A DNA stretch of 64,000 nucleotides from Octopus bimaculoides (GCF_001194135.2 NC_068991.1:75618696-75682695), one strand, 5' to 3'; shown: positions 26,361 through 40,470, numbered from the stretch's first letter. Notes: a model not told the origin generated them from the letters alone. A program made the numbers and translations.

Positions 26361-27074
26361 ACATTGGCAGGATGACGCACCGACATCATTATGGTGGAGG
26401 TACTTTGATACTTTTACAACACGGCATCTATTTTACCTTCCTTTACATTCACCTGCCAACAGTGCCTGTTCTCCATTACCTGCGAACTTGTCTCCTTTTT
26501 CCACCATCACCAACCACAGATACCTTTCACCCAGTTAGTTCTTTCACAAAATTTATTAATCTACAGCATGTGTTACCTCCGAGTTTTTCTCAGTAACTGC
26601 CTCACCTCATCGTATTCCTTTCAGTCACATACTTCCCCTTTACCATCTATGACTCCAACAAAGTCCCTTTGACTCTTTACCGTCTTTCTTCCCTTGTGGT
26701 CATTTTCTACATTGTCGTTACCCATAACCATGATCTCATGGCTTTCCGATACCTCCTCAGCAATCCTATCATCAGCCACCTCTGAACGTAGTTCATTATT
26801 CGTTTAGCTGGGCTAGCAGTCGCTCTTAACTGTTTAGAACAGGTGAAATACAGCTAAGCATTTCACCCAGTGTGCTAACGTTTCTGCCAGCTTACCACCA
26901 TCTGAACCAAGCCATTCTAGAATATCAACAGGTTTCTTGAAATCTAGAGTTTACAGAGTGCGCTGAGACTTTGACGAAGTTATCTCCACCAAGATTCAAT
27001 GCTTAAATTAATAACCCAATTATTATTATTCTCTTAAAGTCGTGTGTATGTGTGAGAGAGTAGACATATGCACG

Positions 27075-27112
<38 letters not shown>

Positions 27113-27297
27113 NNNNNNNNNNNNNNNNNNNNNNNNNNNNNNNNNNNNNNNNNNNNNNNNNNNNNNNNNNNNNNNNNNNNNNNNNNNNNNNNNNNNNNNN
27201 NNNNNNNNNNNNNNNNNNNNNNNNNNNNNNNNNNNNNNNNNNNNNNNNNNNNNNNNNNNNNTATACATATATTTGTATATGTATACATACATATGTA

Positions 27298-27334
<37 letters not shown>

Positions 27335-28554
27335 CCACCTACACACATGGTTGTGCGTGTAACGAAACTTAGATCAGACACCTGTACCATTAAATACGTG
27401 ACAGGATCAGCGGAACGACTTTGCAGCAGGCTTTCCATTAAATGACACCCTATAGAGATTCATGGAGCCAAGTATCTCGAAGGGAATTGCTAATAGTAAA
27501 ATAGAATAAATCATGAAAACCAAAGGAAGAGAAGCAACGAAGAAAACGAAGTAAAGAAATAGCCAGAAAAACGAGGCGAATGAAATACATTATTTTCTAA
27601 CAATGAGCAATAGTTTAGCAAACGTTCGAAAAAGAAAAGAAATCTTATCTGCGATCATCCAAAACAAAACAAACAAACAAATGTATTATTTCTCCTTTTT
27701 GGCGCCTCTTGGACTGTTATTGTGAGGATTGTAGAAAATAGAATAGAATATCTCTGTAATTCAATAGACAATTAGAGAGTGATTGAATAGCATACCTTCG
27801 CTTTGTATTGTAAAAATAAATCCTTCCTCAAGTGATCTGATATTTTGGAAAAACAGTAACGCAACTATTTTCGCATAAATAAAACCAAGAAATAAATAAT
27901 AGTAATTTATGCTTTTAATCATGTTGTTGGCCACTAGATTATTTTGTTTTTTGTTTACATTTGGTATTTTTCATGAAAATATTGCTGCTAGTCTGCTAGT
28001 CATTTCGATTCTTTTGATATCGTTTCTTGAATAGCGGTTTTGTACTTAAATAATGACCAACATTAAATATATATTTCATTCGACAAATTAAATCGAACAG
28101 AACACGTTAGAAGCGGCTATTCAGTTTTATTCTTATGACGATAAGGAAGCAAGAAGAAATAGGGCAGATATGTAGAGAAGCAGATAAGAAGACGCACAAA
28201 GAGGTAGATATGGATATGTTTATTGCTTCTCTGCAAGGATAGACCGATCAGTCTAGTATCAAACAAGTAAACGATTAAATTGATGATAGCCATTCATTAT
28301 AAATTCATGGAGATGTTTCAATGTAAGAAACCATTGTAATAAGGGGAAATCAAGAGCCAGAGAGCAAGAGACAGATGTCCAGTATTCTCAATACGACACT
28401 CATTTTTGATGCCATATCACAGCTTAGTATGTATTTTTGCAATCGTTAGTTGCTCTTAAGGATCATTGATGTTACATTATCGTCCGGGTCACCAATTAAT
28501 GTAGTGAAATATATAGACAGTACAGGGTGTTGATATGACTGGGTGTATGTTACC

Positions 28555-28945
28555 ACAAGAGTTCGTTGTTGTTGGCACTCCGTCCCTTACGACGTCGAGG
28601 GTTCCAGTTGATCCGATCAACGGAACAGCCTGCTCGTGAAATTAACGTGCAAGTGGCTGAGCACTCCACAGACACGTGTACCCTTAACGTAGTTCTCGGG
28701 GATATTCAGCGTGACACAGTGTGACAAGGCAGACCCTTTGAATTACAGGTACAACAGAAACAGGAAGTAAGAGTGAAAGAAAGTTGTGGTGGAAGAGTAC
28801 AGCAGGGTTCGCCACCATCCCCTGCCGGAGCCTCGTGGAGCTTTAGGTGTTTTCACTCAATAAACACTCACAACGCCCAGTCTGGGAATCGAAACCGCGA
28901 TCCTATGACCGCGAGTCCGCTGCCCTAACCACTGGGTCATTGCGC
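28555..28945 (-). mobile_element. tRNA-derived SINE, family C (long body)
   Basis: Minus strand has A box TGACCCAGTGG and B box GGTTTCGATTCC followed by a GC-rich body. Confidence 0.8.
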
Positions 28946-29305
28946 TTCCACTTCCACAAGAGTTCATACAGAGATAAAAGAATAAATACAAAATCTATAC
29001 ATTTACTGTATAAAATATATTTTATTCTTCTTTCGATGGAATCAAATTGTAGAAACTAGTTGAATGAAGTAATCTATGCAAGAAAGTTCAGAGAGAGGAA
29101 AGGTAGAACGACAACGAAGTGGTGGCATTCAGCCTTGGGACGTAGAGAAATAGACGGACATCGCAACGATGTGAATGGTTCTAAGTCTAATCGAATCAGA
29201 TGCGAAAAGCTGGGTTAGCAACCTGTTCTTTTTTATTAATAGAACGCTAGACATTCCAGAAACATCCAAGAGAAACGCCAAGCTTCTTGAATAAGTAAGA
29301 ATCAC

Positions 29306-29361
29306 CTCTCGCAACAATTCTTCGGGAAGCTTAGAAAAAGGGAGGTTATTCTGTGATCTTT
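29306..29361 (-). CDS. Candidate exon RSQNNLPFSKLPEELLRE (F-box-like start)
   Basis: Acceptor ctcccttgcaag|, donor GAG|gtgatt; phases fit the 34867 and 24426 exons; lies in a 79-aa ORF. Confidence 0.3.
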
Positions 29362-29584
29362 CTTGCAAGGGAGATCATTCAACTATCTATCTACCTACAC
29401 CGCTACGAGACATTTTTGATGCCATATCACAACTTGTTATGTATTTTTGGTATTGCTAGTTCCTCTTAAAGGACATAAATGCTACCTTATAATAGTGTCT
29501 CTCCTCTATAAATTTTCCCTTTATGTCTAGAAAAAAAATAGGTGCCCGGTTTCCGTTAGCAACGATATTAACAATTATGACTAA

Positions 29585-29734
29585 ATTATTTACATTATTT
29601 TCTACATTTGACGGATATTTGTCCTCATCTTGTATGTTGTTAACACAACGTTTCGGCTGATATACCCTCCAGCTTTCATCAGGTGTCTTGGGGAAATTTC
29701 AAACCTGGGTTCTCATTCCTAATGTATTTTGCGA

Positions 29735-29808
<74 letters not shown>

Positions 29809-29875
29809 TCACTACCTGGAATAGAAATCGGAATCTTGGGGTTAGTAGCCCGCGCTCTTAACCGCTACGCCATAT
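29585..29875 (-). mobile_element. Composite: tRNA-like head + (AAT)n + hammerhead-containing repeat unit
   Basis: A box TGGCGTAGCGG at 29862-29872, decayed B box at 29818-29829, unit homologous to both arms at 48460-48830. Confidence 0.75.
29642..29687 (-). ncRNA. Minimal type-I hammerhead ribozyme motif (stem II closing pair A.C mismatch)
   Basis: GACAC CTGATGA A AGCTG gagggtatat CAGCC GAAAC GTT GTGTT. Confidence 0.7.
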
Positions 29876-29964
29876 TACGAATTATGTATAAGTATATATT
29901 AACATGCATGCTCATACAATGTAATAAATATAATATAATATAATATAATATAATATAACATATA

Positions 29965-30240
29965 TCTATAAGGCGCTACCTAAAAGTAATTAGAAACCAG
30001 CCCTTTATAGTTCAGGCTTCCATCGCTAGAAGCCATTTGATGCGACCCTGAGGCATCAGTCTGCCGATTGGCATCGTCGAGTGAAGTTGTACTGTCATGT
30101 GGTGTGTCTTTGTTTTACAGTGCTTCTTTCCTGCGCGTCGATTTTTGCGATGGCTGAAACGAAGGAAAAGCACGCTTCTGTGAAACTGTTTCCTGCTGGG
30201 GAAAACGGCTGCAGAAACAATTGTCATGGTTCACACAATT
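29965..30240 (+). mobile_element. Mariner 5' remnant
   Basis: MAETKEKHASVK then, after a frameshift, FLLGKTAAETIVM, matching the mariner N-terminus (EQRA.VKFCFLLGK.AAET). Confidence 0.7.
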
Positions 30241-30492
30241 TACAAGGACGCAAAACACAATTTACATGAGCAAAACACAAGTTTACGATATGCATAGGTT
30301 ATATACCAGATAGGCGTGATATATCTATACCTATTGTTATTGACGCCAAGACCATGTACCCCAGTATGGTGTGTATGTATGTGTGTTTGCATCTGTTAAA
30401 ACATGTCAGTTAGCAGCAAAATTTCTGCTCTTTATAATTATGTATTCGTGAGTTACATAACTGTGTGTGGGTCAGCATATGAAAATTTGATA

Positions 30493-30560
30493 ACCAACCG
30501 GCTGATATCAAATATTCATATATATATATGTATATGAATAGTTGATATCAGCCTGTTCGT
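30493..30560. repeat. Foldback: ~31-bp inverted repeats around (AT)n
   Basis: AACCAACCGGCTGATATCAAATATTCATATA versus TATATGAATAGTTGATATCAGCCTGTTCGTT. Confidence 0.85.
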
Positions 30561-30594
<34 letters not shown>

Positions 30595-31152
30595 TGTATG
30601 TATGTATGTATGTATGTATGTATGTATGTGTGTATGTAATTATATGTGTGTGTGTATCTGTAAAGATGTATATATGCGTGTTTTGAGACACTAATGTGAA
30701 TTTTGTTAGTATTTAGTGATTAATTCTGAAAATGTGCTCTCTCGTGTATAATTTTGCACATGATGCAACAGTAGTCAAATAATTCGAACAGATATGTATA
30801 TATTTGTTTTCATGAGCGCATATTCAAATATATTTTTCTCCTTGTCAAACACTTTCAAACTGTTTTTACATTTCTATGTACAATAATCAGAAATAGAAAT
30901 CCTATATTCCTTAGAGGTCGTTCCTAAAGTTAATACACTAAGATAATATTCTCGTTATATCTGCTAAATATGTCTGTAACACTAATATTTAATGCACCAT
31001 TTGGTATTTGGTTATTAATTCTGTAAGTTACGCTGTCTCGTCTACAATTTCATACAATATACAGCAGTGCACGAGCGGTTCGATGTTTCGGTTAGTTGAT
31101 ATGCATATACATGTATACATCACCTCATACACAAACACACACACACACACAT

Positions 31153-31209
<57 letters not shown>

Positions 31210-31353
31210 TTGTGTGTGCGTGCGTGTGTGTATGTATGTATGTATATATATGTATGNNNNNNNNNNNNNNNNNNNNNNNNNNNNNNNNNNNNNNNNNNNN
31301 NNNNNNNNNNNNNNNNNNNNNNNNNNNNNNNNNNNNNNNNNNNNNNNNNNNNN

Positions 31354-31391
<38 letters not shown>

Positions 31392-31520
31392 CATACATAC
31401 ATATATATATATATGTATGAATGTGTGTGTGTGTGTGTGTTTCTGAAATGTATACATGTGTGAGCATACGGGGTATATACAAGCATATATGCATGTATAT
31501 ATATACAAACACATATATAA

Positions 31521-31558
<38 letters not shown>

Positions 31559-31749
31559 GTATATAAACAACATATAACTATCATTTGCATAGAACTGGTC
31601 AGAATGTTACTGTTGGTTTTGAGTCATATGCATATACATACATACAAACGTACATATATATATATTTGTGTACATATATGTATGTATATGTACACATACA
31701 CAAACACACACGCGCGCACACACTCATACACACACATATTACTGTTACC

Positions 31750-32090
31750 AGTTCAAATATATTTGGCGCTTTTTGAAACCCGTAAGAAACCCTTTGCTGT
31801 ATTTTGTCTTGGAGAACATTCTTGGAATTGCCAAATACTTGTAAACACATCAAGTCAGTTAGATGCAACTTCTAACCAGAGAGACGGATACTTGCTTTCC
31901 GGATTGGTTTACTCAGCCCCTGTATCACCGACCAGAAAATGGAATGCTGTGTATGTGTGTGTGTAAATCAGGGGACCAACGCGCAGAAAACCGAACAGCG
32001 TGGTGCCACTCCATCAAGAGTGGCGTAGAACATTTTGAAAGACATCATCGAAGAAACGGAGAAGATAAACGGTTAAGACTGAAAAGTGTC
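31750..32090 (+). mobile_element. Degenerate RTE (BovB-like) 3' end
   Basis: QRAENRTAWCHSIKSGVEHFERHHRRNGEDKRLRLK resembles W...A.DR..WR.....G...FE......KR..RK; the upstream part is weaker. Confidence 0.6.
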
Positions 32091-32104
32091 CAGTGACCAG
32101 AATC

Positions 32105-32280
32105 ATTAGCTTAGCGGTATTTCAGCCATCTTAACGTAACTGCGTTCGAATTCCGCCGAGGTCAATTTTGTCTTTAATCCTTTTAGGGTCGATAAAATAA
32201 GTATCTGTTGTACACCCAGGATCAATGTAATTGACAATCCCTCCCCACAAAGTTTCAGGCCTTGTTTCTGTCGTAGAAAG
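32105..32280 (+). mobile_element. tRNA-derived SINE, family A
   Basis: GCTTAGCGGTATTTC...TTCGAATTCCGCCGAGGTC...GGTCGATAAAATAAGTA. Confidence 0.8.
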
Positions 32281-33485
32281 TATATTACACTTCTTTCTCT
32301 TAAGCCATTTAAAAAACAACGATCTAAATGTTCCCAGAAGGAAATGAATGACAATTTACTTTACAAGTTACAACTTTAATAAATAAACTTATATGATAAC
32401 TTGCAGCATTATAAACTAGTCTGATGTTCTTTATTGGCGGTGGAGTCCTCCTTTGTTCTAACAGACTTGCGTTGAGAGATGATGTTGAAGATTATTAACC
32501 ACAACAAAAATTGAAGTAACGACATTTCACTTTCGAAATGCCAGCTTCAATAAATATATTCATAATTCTCTAATACATTGTAAATTAGCATTGTGCTTCT
32601 TTAAAATAAAAAATTCTAGTTTAAAGTTTCTTTTGTTCCATCTAACAAACAGATTCTAATGCTTTAGTGCCTCTTATTCTGAGTCCATTATTAACCACAA
32701 CCGAAATGCAAAGGAAGTAGAACTTAATGATATATCATTTCCCAGCTTTCACGAAAAAAAAAAAGAGAAATAAACAAAATAACACTCTACCACATTATAA
32801 ATAATTATTGAGTTCTTTATTCTCGTTTGTGGTTTCTTTTCTTCTAAAGAACAGATACTTTCTCATACGTTGCATTCCCTTGTGCTGAACACTCTAATAA
32901 TCAAAAGCGAAAAGCAACCAAATAATAATCCTTCGTTTTCGAAATTCCAGCTTTAATAATTAAATTTTCAATACTCTATGACATTANNNNNNNNNNNNNN
33001 NNNNNNNNNNNNNNNNNNNNNNNNNNNNNNNNNNNNNNNNNNNNNNNNNNNNNNNNNNNNNNNNNNNNNNNNNNNNNNNNNNNNNNNNNNNNNNNNNNNN
33101 NNNNNNNNNNNNNNNNNNNNNNNNNNNNNNNNNNNNNNNNNNNNNNNNNNNNNNNNNNNNNNNNNNNNNNNNNNNNNNNNNNNNNNNNNNNNNNNNNNNN
33201 NNNNNNNNNNNNNNNNNNNNNNNNNNNNNNNNNNNNNNNNNNNNNNNNNNNNNNNNNNNNNNNNNNNNNNNNNNNNNNNNNNNNNNNNNNNNNNNNNNNN
33301 NNNNNNNNNNNNNNNNNNNNNNNNNNNNNNNNNNNNNNNNNNNNNNNNNNNNNNNNNNNNNNNNNNNNNNNNNNNNNNNNNNNNNNNNNNNNNNNNNNNN
33401 NNNNNNNNNNNNNNNNNNNNNNNNNNNNNNNNNNNNNNNNNNNNNNATGCCTTATATACATGTTTGTATTTCATTCATTACAAAT

Positions 33486-33528
<43 letters not shown>

Positions 33529-34499
33529 CTTTATATAATGATATAATATAATAATATGTGCATATATATATACATATACATATGAGTATGTATTTATAGA
33601 CTCAGTATGTCTTGGTTTCTACTTTCCCATGTGCATTTTACACCTTATATGTGTATGTGTATGTGTGTGTGTGTGTACACCCATGCATGTGTCTCTATGC
33701 GTGTGTGCGTATGTGCGTTTTTTAAGTATGCACAAGACATACACCCAATTGCATATACTGCCTTGTGAAATGTATGACGAACTCATATAATGCTTTGTTT
33801 TGTCGTACACCGTTCTTTTGGTAGTAAGTAGAGAAATCCTTCGATAATTCTCCCATATTGTATTCTCCTGTTGTTCCATCATTTATGCTTCTCCCACGTC
33901 TGAATTTGTGCAACATCGATGTAGAAATCTACAGAATTGTTACAAGACATTAGCAACTTTTAATGCTTTCAATTTTGCAAAGCCAGCATTAACGGACAAA
34001 CATCTCTATGAGGTCGTACTTTCATTTTGTCACACTACTGCTGGAATACGTCCCTTTCTAATGCGAAGTATACATCTAATTCTTTAGTCATTAACAGCAG
34101 TTGTTTTTCCGTCTCATTCAACTATGATACTCGCAAATCCAACCTCAGACTTTAAATCGCTGCTCTGCCTGATCTACACTCCAAATTATACGTATTCTAC
34201 ATCAGCAACATTACTATATTCTTCCAATTTGGTCTTACAATGGCAGCTGTATCGAAGTTATAATCTGCTCAACACCAGTGCTACGAGTGGGGTATGTCTC
34301 GTCTCTTTCTAGCACATTCTAACATTCCTTGGATTTGAAAAAGGCTTAGTTTGTTGCATTCTTATTAGTTTAGCGTTGCTGCTTGAATCACACGTTCCTT
34401 GACAACTCGAATGGTGATCAATTCACCAAAATCTTGATTTACACTCATTATTTAATAAAGCTGCTTGAAAATGATTTAAGTGTTACTACATTTGGTAGT

Positions 34500-34705
34500 T
34501 GTAGAGGCGCGTGGCTTAGTGGTTAGAGTATCGGACTCATGATCATAAGATTGTGGTTTCAATTCCTGGACCAGGTGACGCGTTTTGTTCTTGAGCATTT
34601 CATGGTGCTTCAGTCCACTGAGCTGGTAAAAATGAGTTAATCTTGCGACGGATCGGCGTCCCGTCCAGGTGGGGAATGTATGTGCCATGAAACCGGGAAA
34701 CCGTC
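34500..34705 (+). mobile_element. tRNA-derived SINE, family D
   Basis: A box TGGCTTAGTGG, B box GGTTTCAATTCC; homologue at ~43875-44130. Confidence 0.8.
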
Positions 34706-34866
34706 TGTTTGAGTCTATATAACTTGGGAAGGAAACATTTGGTAGTTGCTAGAGTACTCTGTAAGTGAAGTGTAATATGATCGTGAGTAAGAAGAAACCA
34801 AGACTACACTGATTCTACAGCCAGTGCAACAATGAGTGGTAGTCGTTAAGTACATCGTGTCTTGAC

Positions 34867-34936
34867 CGATTTGATTTGTAGGCTCAGAGGATCTGTTTGT
34901 TGGAGCGCCATTGACTGCTTCGACAACGTCCGCCAT
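34867..34936 (-). CDS. Probable first coding exon MADVVEAVNGAPTNRSSEPTNQI (3' boundary uncertain)
   Basis: AAAATGGCGG start context typical of housekeeping-gene starts, next to a CpG-enriched stretch; the donor gtcaag is weak. Confidence 0.5.
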
Positions 34937-35140
34937 TTTTAGATATTTCCTTTTTCATTCCACACTGTCTCAAAAAATTATCGCTCTTCCAACAAAGAAA
35001 GTTTGGTACACTTCCCTGTTCGAAATCAGTGACAGCCTCGCGTTGCGTCGGTTACAATGGCTTTCTCCGTTATTCTTTAGGGCTTGGTAAAACGTCTACG
35101 AAGACACTAAGCTGAAACACTCGCCCAAAAATTTGAAACC
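34937..35140 (-). promoter_or_regulatory. Putative promoter/5'UTR of the minus-strand gene
   Basis: Locally CpG-enriched non-repeat sequence (GCCTCGCGTTGCGTCGG) just upstream of the AAAATGGCGG motif. Confidence 0.4.
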
Positions 35141-36407
35141 GTGTGTTAATGTTATAAAATATAATTTTTTTCGGACTTTACAGTGCATAGTGGTGTGTTA
35201 CAGTCTATATCATTTCTGCTAGGTTTGGTTTCAGTAACGCAATTTAAAGAGAACTGTTTTGTTATATATTCTTCTCTGCTTCATAAAAATTATTTTCAAT
35301 ATTGCTGCAATGGTTCTAAGGTGGGTGGTGAATATGATTTCGTATAGTAACAAATTCTTCTTTTAGGGAAGTATACGGAAAATGCAAACATATTGCTTTA
35401 TGGTAACATTTGGTAAACTGACGACAAAATCGTTAAATATTTCCGAAAGCACAAGCATGAAAGATGTGTGCATGAAATTAATAGAAAAAGCAGCAATAAA
35501 ATCGTCGATATATGCAGATATATGTTAAAATTACAGCAACATTAGTAGTGACTGCAGTAATAATGTCAACAAAGTGGAATAAACATAAAAAAAGCCTAAA
35601 GTAATTAAAATAACGCTAGTACAGGAGAGAAAAATTAATATTTTTTTTTTACATAAACATTTACTTTACGCATAAGTTTGGAGCACAGTTGGATAGCATA
35701 AATATGTCAACAAATAACAGACTACACCTCCTAACGGAATTATGGAAAGAGAGGAAGATGATAATTAACGTCCTTCCCGCATAAACATTTCGCTTCAGCA
35801 GAGCTGAAACAGGTATTGGATAGAACATGAGATTTGCATGTTTTTTTTCACAGAGTTTAGGGTGGGGATGATTGACATAAATACAACATATTGTCCTTGG
35901 ATGTGTATATGAGTGTATATGTGTGTATATTTTATCATTGCGATAATATTAGGTTGGTCTCTGGCGCGTAACATCTCACCTCTTGGAAAAGAGTTTTATT
36001 TAGCATGGACGGGAACCTCAATGAATATGTGGATATATACATTTATATATTTTATGCAGGAAGAGTATGAATAACCAAATTTAATCTAGGCACTGAATAA
36101 ACCACTTGAAAACGGAAAGCTTCAAATTCGAACACCAAATGACTTGTGGGTATCCATTTCTGGAAAACTCTATGAAAAGACCACCAGTAAGAACAACCTG
36201 CAGTTGAAATAGTTTCCTTTGAATAGCTTCCTTCGTTTAGCTTTTCCTTCGCAATAGATCTCCATCTACAGATACATGGAGAGACGCACATATACTCTAT
36301 AAGCGTACTCTACTCATGGTTAAAACAGAGCAGATCACGTTTGTATCATTAATATGACGTTTTATTATCCTATAATTTGCGGTTACCATCATATCTGTAA
36401 GTATATA

Positions 36408-36453
<46 letters not shown>

Positions 36454-37703
36454 ACACAAACACATAGTGTAAATGAAGTACACTCGGCCTCGTATCTGAA
36501 AGTCTTGTCTACAAATTCCTCCAACGTGCAAAGAGCACGCTGTTCTTTTCCGAAATACGTACATTAACTACAGAAATTTATATTCAATTTCTTAAACTTA
36601 TTTCCTCCTTTTTTTAAAATGAAGAATAACTGATAATTACTGCTTGCAGTTTTCTGCATTCTCCCTTTTGACAATCTATTTTTGGTTTGTTATACTCCTC
36701 AATGATTTGAGAATAATGGACGAGTAACAGCTGCATGGTCTAAATTGCTTTCAATTCATTTTCAGATAGTTATATGGCTTCGGATATTAAATTTAAATGT
36801 CACGCCTGAGGAGGGTCTGTTTCAAACGAGACCTTTTAACTATTAACAATAATCTCTTAAACCGTTGATGATTTTCCTCGTCCAAAATACTGAGCAAAAT
36901 TAGTTTTTAAATATGTACACTTCTTCTGATTATACATGTTATGTGTGCTTATACATGCTTGTCCAAAAGACATTTAACTCATAGCTGTGTAGCTGTGTAT
37001 ATGTATTCAGTTTCTGCACCTTAACTACATATATGTATATATATGTGTATATATATATATATNNNNNNNNNNNNNNNNNNNNNNNNNNNNNNNNNNNNNN
37101 NNNNNNNNNNNNNNNNNNNNNNNNNNNNNNNNNNNNNNNNNNNNNNNNNNNNNNNNNNNNNNNNNNNNNNNNNNNNNNNNNNNNNNNNNNNNNNNNNNNN
37201 NNNNNNNNNNNNNNNNNNNNNNNNNNNNNNNNNNNNNNNNNNNNNNNNNNNNNNNNNNNNNNNNNNNNNNNNNNNNNNNNNNNNNNNNNNNNNNNNNNNN
37301 NNNNNNNNNNNNNNNNNNNNNNNNNNNNNNNNNNNNNNNNNNNNNNNNNNNNNNNNNNNNNNNNNNNNNNNNNNNNNNNNNNNNNNNNNNNNNNNNNNNN
37401 NNNNNNNNNNNNNNNNNNNNNNNNNNNNNNNNNNNNNNNNNNNNNNNNNNNNNNNNNNNNNNNNNNNNNNNNNNNNNNNNNNNNNNNNNNNNNNNNNNNN
37501 NNNNNNNNNNNNNNNNNNNNNNNNNNNNNNNNNNNNNNNNNNNNNNNNNNNNNNNNNNNNNNNNNNNNNNNNNNNNNNNNNNNNNNNNNNNNNNNNNNNN
37601 NNNNNNNNNNNNNNNNNNNNNNNNNNNNNNNNNNNNNNNNNNNNNNNNNNNNNNNNNNNNNNNNNNNNNNNNNNNNNNNNNNNNNNNNNNNNNNNNNNNN
37701 NNN

Positions 37704-37734
<31 letters not shown>

Positions 37735-37964
37735 ATATGTATATATATATACATACATTTATATATGTATATATATGTGTATATATATATATATATGTTG
37801 GTCGTCCACTCGTGACCGAGGAAGACCATTACTTCAGGAACATTATGCGCTCTGGGACTAACTTATATTTTGCATTTGCGGCTCTGTTACTGGCTAATGA
37901 GCCGTGCTCTTGACAAGCATACACGACTGCAAACATTTCAACCCTTTCTACTAAAAGTGCAAGG

Positions 37965-38150
37965 CCTGAAGTTTTGGGGAACGAGACTAGTCGATTACTC
38001 GACCCCAGCACTCGCGTGGTACTTGATTTGTCAATCTCTAAATGATAAAAGGTAAAGTCGACCGCGAATGAATTTGTACTCAGAATATAAAGACGCATTA
38101 AATGCCGCTAAGCATCTTGTACGGCTTGCTAACAATTCTACCAGCTCATA
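37965..38150 (-). mobile_element. tRNA-derived SINE, family A
   Basis: Reverse complement of the family A head and body. Confidence 0.75.
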
Positions 38151-40424
38151 GCCTTAAAGTTGTTTTAAGAATGACAGCTGTCATTGCCTTGATGCAGATG
38201 GCATCTCTGAATTCTTTAATTTCTTTGCAATTCTGTTTCCCAACATCATCAAATCTATTCATTGTTTTTATAGAAAACTCTTTCCTGGCCTTTTTCGCTA
38301 CTGTTTCGATAAGTAGAATGATGGCTACACTTCACTGTTAAGATAACAGTCTGATTGAAGTTGATCCTGGTTTCTCTTCTATACAAATGACTCATTGACT
38401 ATATTAATTTTTTAAGCTAATTGCTTATTTATTTTAAGCTAGATTGTGAAACAACATCATACATTGCAACATACGTTATCACTAATTTACCACAATTTTT
38501 ATATTCTCAGACAACCCTATTGTCTTTGGAAAGACAATTCAAAATATTCCAATTCGAGTTACCTAAAAATAGAGAGCATTGTGTTTTACTGAAAAACACC
38601 CAGTATTATTAGAAATTATACACAATATTGAAAATCTATTATTAATTTATAGTTTGCAAAAATATACTATTCAGTGTATTTTTCTTTCAGTTAGAGTGTT
38701 CTCGTACACCAAAAGAACTAAATGTGAAGTGGAGACAACAATAATAACGACATATCACCATTTAGCTAGAATTTCCAAGTCTTCAAATACTTACACGCGA
38801 TAAATAATATATGTTGATGAAATACCAGAAGGTCATAATGGCATGCACACCTGTTGAGGCATTGTTGTAGATTGCTGTTTAATTTGATAAAGGTACGAAG
38901 AAATATGATTGGCGATATGTTGTTTCAATTATTTATGAAGGAGGAATAATACAGCATATTAATAGACTTTCGAAAGTTCATCCATTGTCTTGCTTCTTAA
39001 TATGAGTACCGAGCTGCTACAAAATACAAAGAGAAATTTTGACATTAAGCCGCGACGTAAGTGTCCAATAAATTAAAAATACATAAATTTAAGGAACCGA
39101 ATGAGAAAATATCTATAAGTCAGCTCTAAGTTATTTACAAACTAGAAGAAGGCACTTACCTATTCATTTGGTCTGCTAGAAATAACAGTATTTTTTGCTC
39201 AAATCACATGAGATCGTCATGAAAAAAGCAGGATACATTGGATAATGTATCCCATACAAAATATCTAGAAGAGGTTTGAGCAGGGTTTTGATCACACAGA
39301 GCCCAGTTGCAGCTAACCTACAAGGCCGGACACATATTTCAACAACTCAGTATATATAACGACAAAACAAAAGCTTACATACAGACAAATATTAACAAAA
39401 TTATTTCTGGCTTATTTTGTGATATGAGGCTAACACGTAGGTAAGAGGTTCCGGCTATTGGTATTGCCATTAATTTGTTGGTCATATACAAATGGCAGAG
39501 AAATATGACCGGAGTCATGTATCAAATCGTATTTAAAGCAGTACTCTAGAGATTATATTATTCTATTGCATTTACACACACATTCATAGACGAATTTATA
39601 TCCTGCAATATCTATCAATAAGTAATCTGGTCTTTCATAGAGTTATCATAAAAATACGCCTTGATTAATGAATTTCAAAACACCGGTCACAAAGAACGCC
39701 TATTGCAGGCCGAGCCGTTACACGTACGACATCAAGTTATATAAAACCTGTTTGTCTATATTGAGATTACTTCCCTTCTACGTGTTGTTATCGTGACTCA
39801 CTGTGATGCGGGTGGAAGTATACCACAACCCTGTACTTGACACGGAAACTGATATGTAAGCTGACACTATCAAACCAACTAGTTCACCAACACGTAGAAT
39901 TAGAGTGTCTGACTTCGCTTACTTCTCAAACCTCACAGACTGCCGACTAACTTACACCTGTAATTCTCATTTTCTAGTTTGTGTTCATACCATTTTCCTG
40001 TTATTTTGAAGCCGACATTCCAGTGCAATTTTTTTACATACATAGTCATACATACACTTAAATCTCGTTCGTGAGGGTACACTGTTCTCTCTCAAGGGGA
40101 GGAACACATTTGGCTCGATATAACTGACATTGCATCTTTTCGCGGTCAAAAATGAACATGACACTAGTCTTCGATATAAATAAGATCGATGTAAATGACT
40201 AAGCATCTTTCTTCAGAATTACTGGCTTGGTACCTCAGTTGAAAAACCATCATTAAAAGACTGATGGGGATCGATCTCCGTCGTTTGACGATGAAGATTT
40301 AAATGTTCGATCACTTGAATTACCTGTACCTGAATTAATATGTGACGTTTTCAAGTATTCCATAGACAGGTAACCCTAAGAGTAATTTCTCAGGTTAAAT
40401 CAGTATGGCACATTGTGTGTATGT

Positions 40425-40470
<46 letters not shown>

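Noticed and set aside
26480-26760. Possible LINE endonuclease remnant on the minus strand (EIMVMGNDN; CRLINF)
   Set aside because: Motif match too weak to support without an alignment
29810-29875. Functional tRNA gene
   Set aside because: B box is decayed and there is no acceptor stem; it is a SINE-type head
36060-36270. Exon-like segments on both strands (ALNKPLENGKLQIRTPNDLWVSISGKLYEK on +; WRSIAKEKLNEG on -)
   Set aside because: Several mutually incompatible frames and splice sites; could not choose one or link it to neighbouring exons
36800-36840. CTGAGGA-GGGTC...GACC resembling a hammerhead core
   Set aside because: Followed by TTTTAAC instead of GAAAC; no cleavage-site stem
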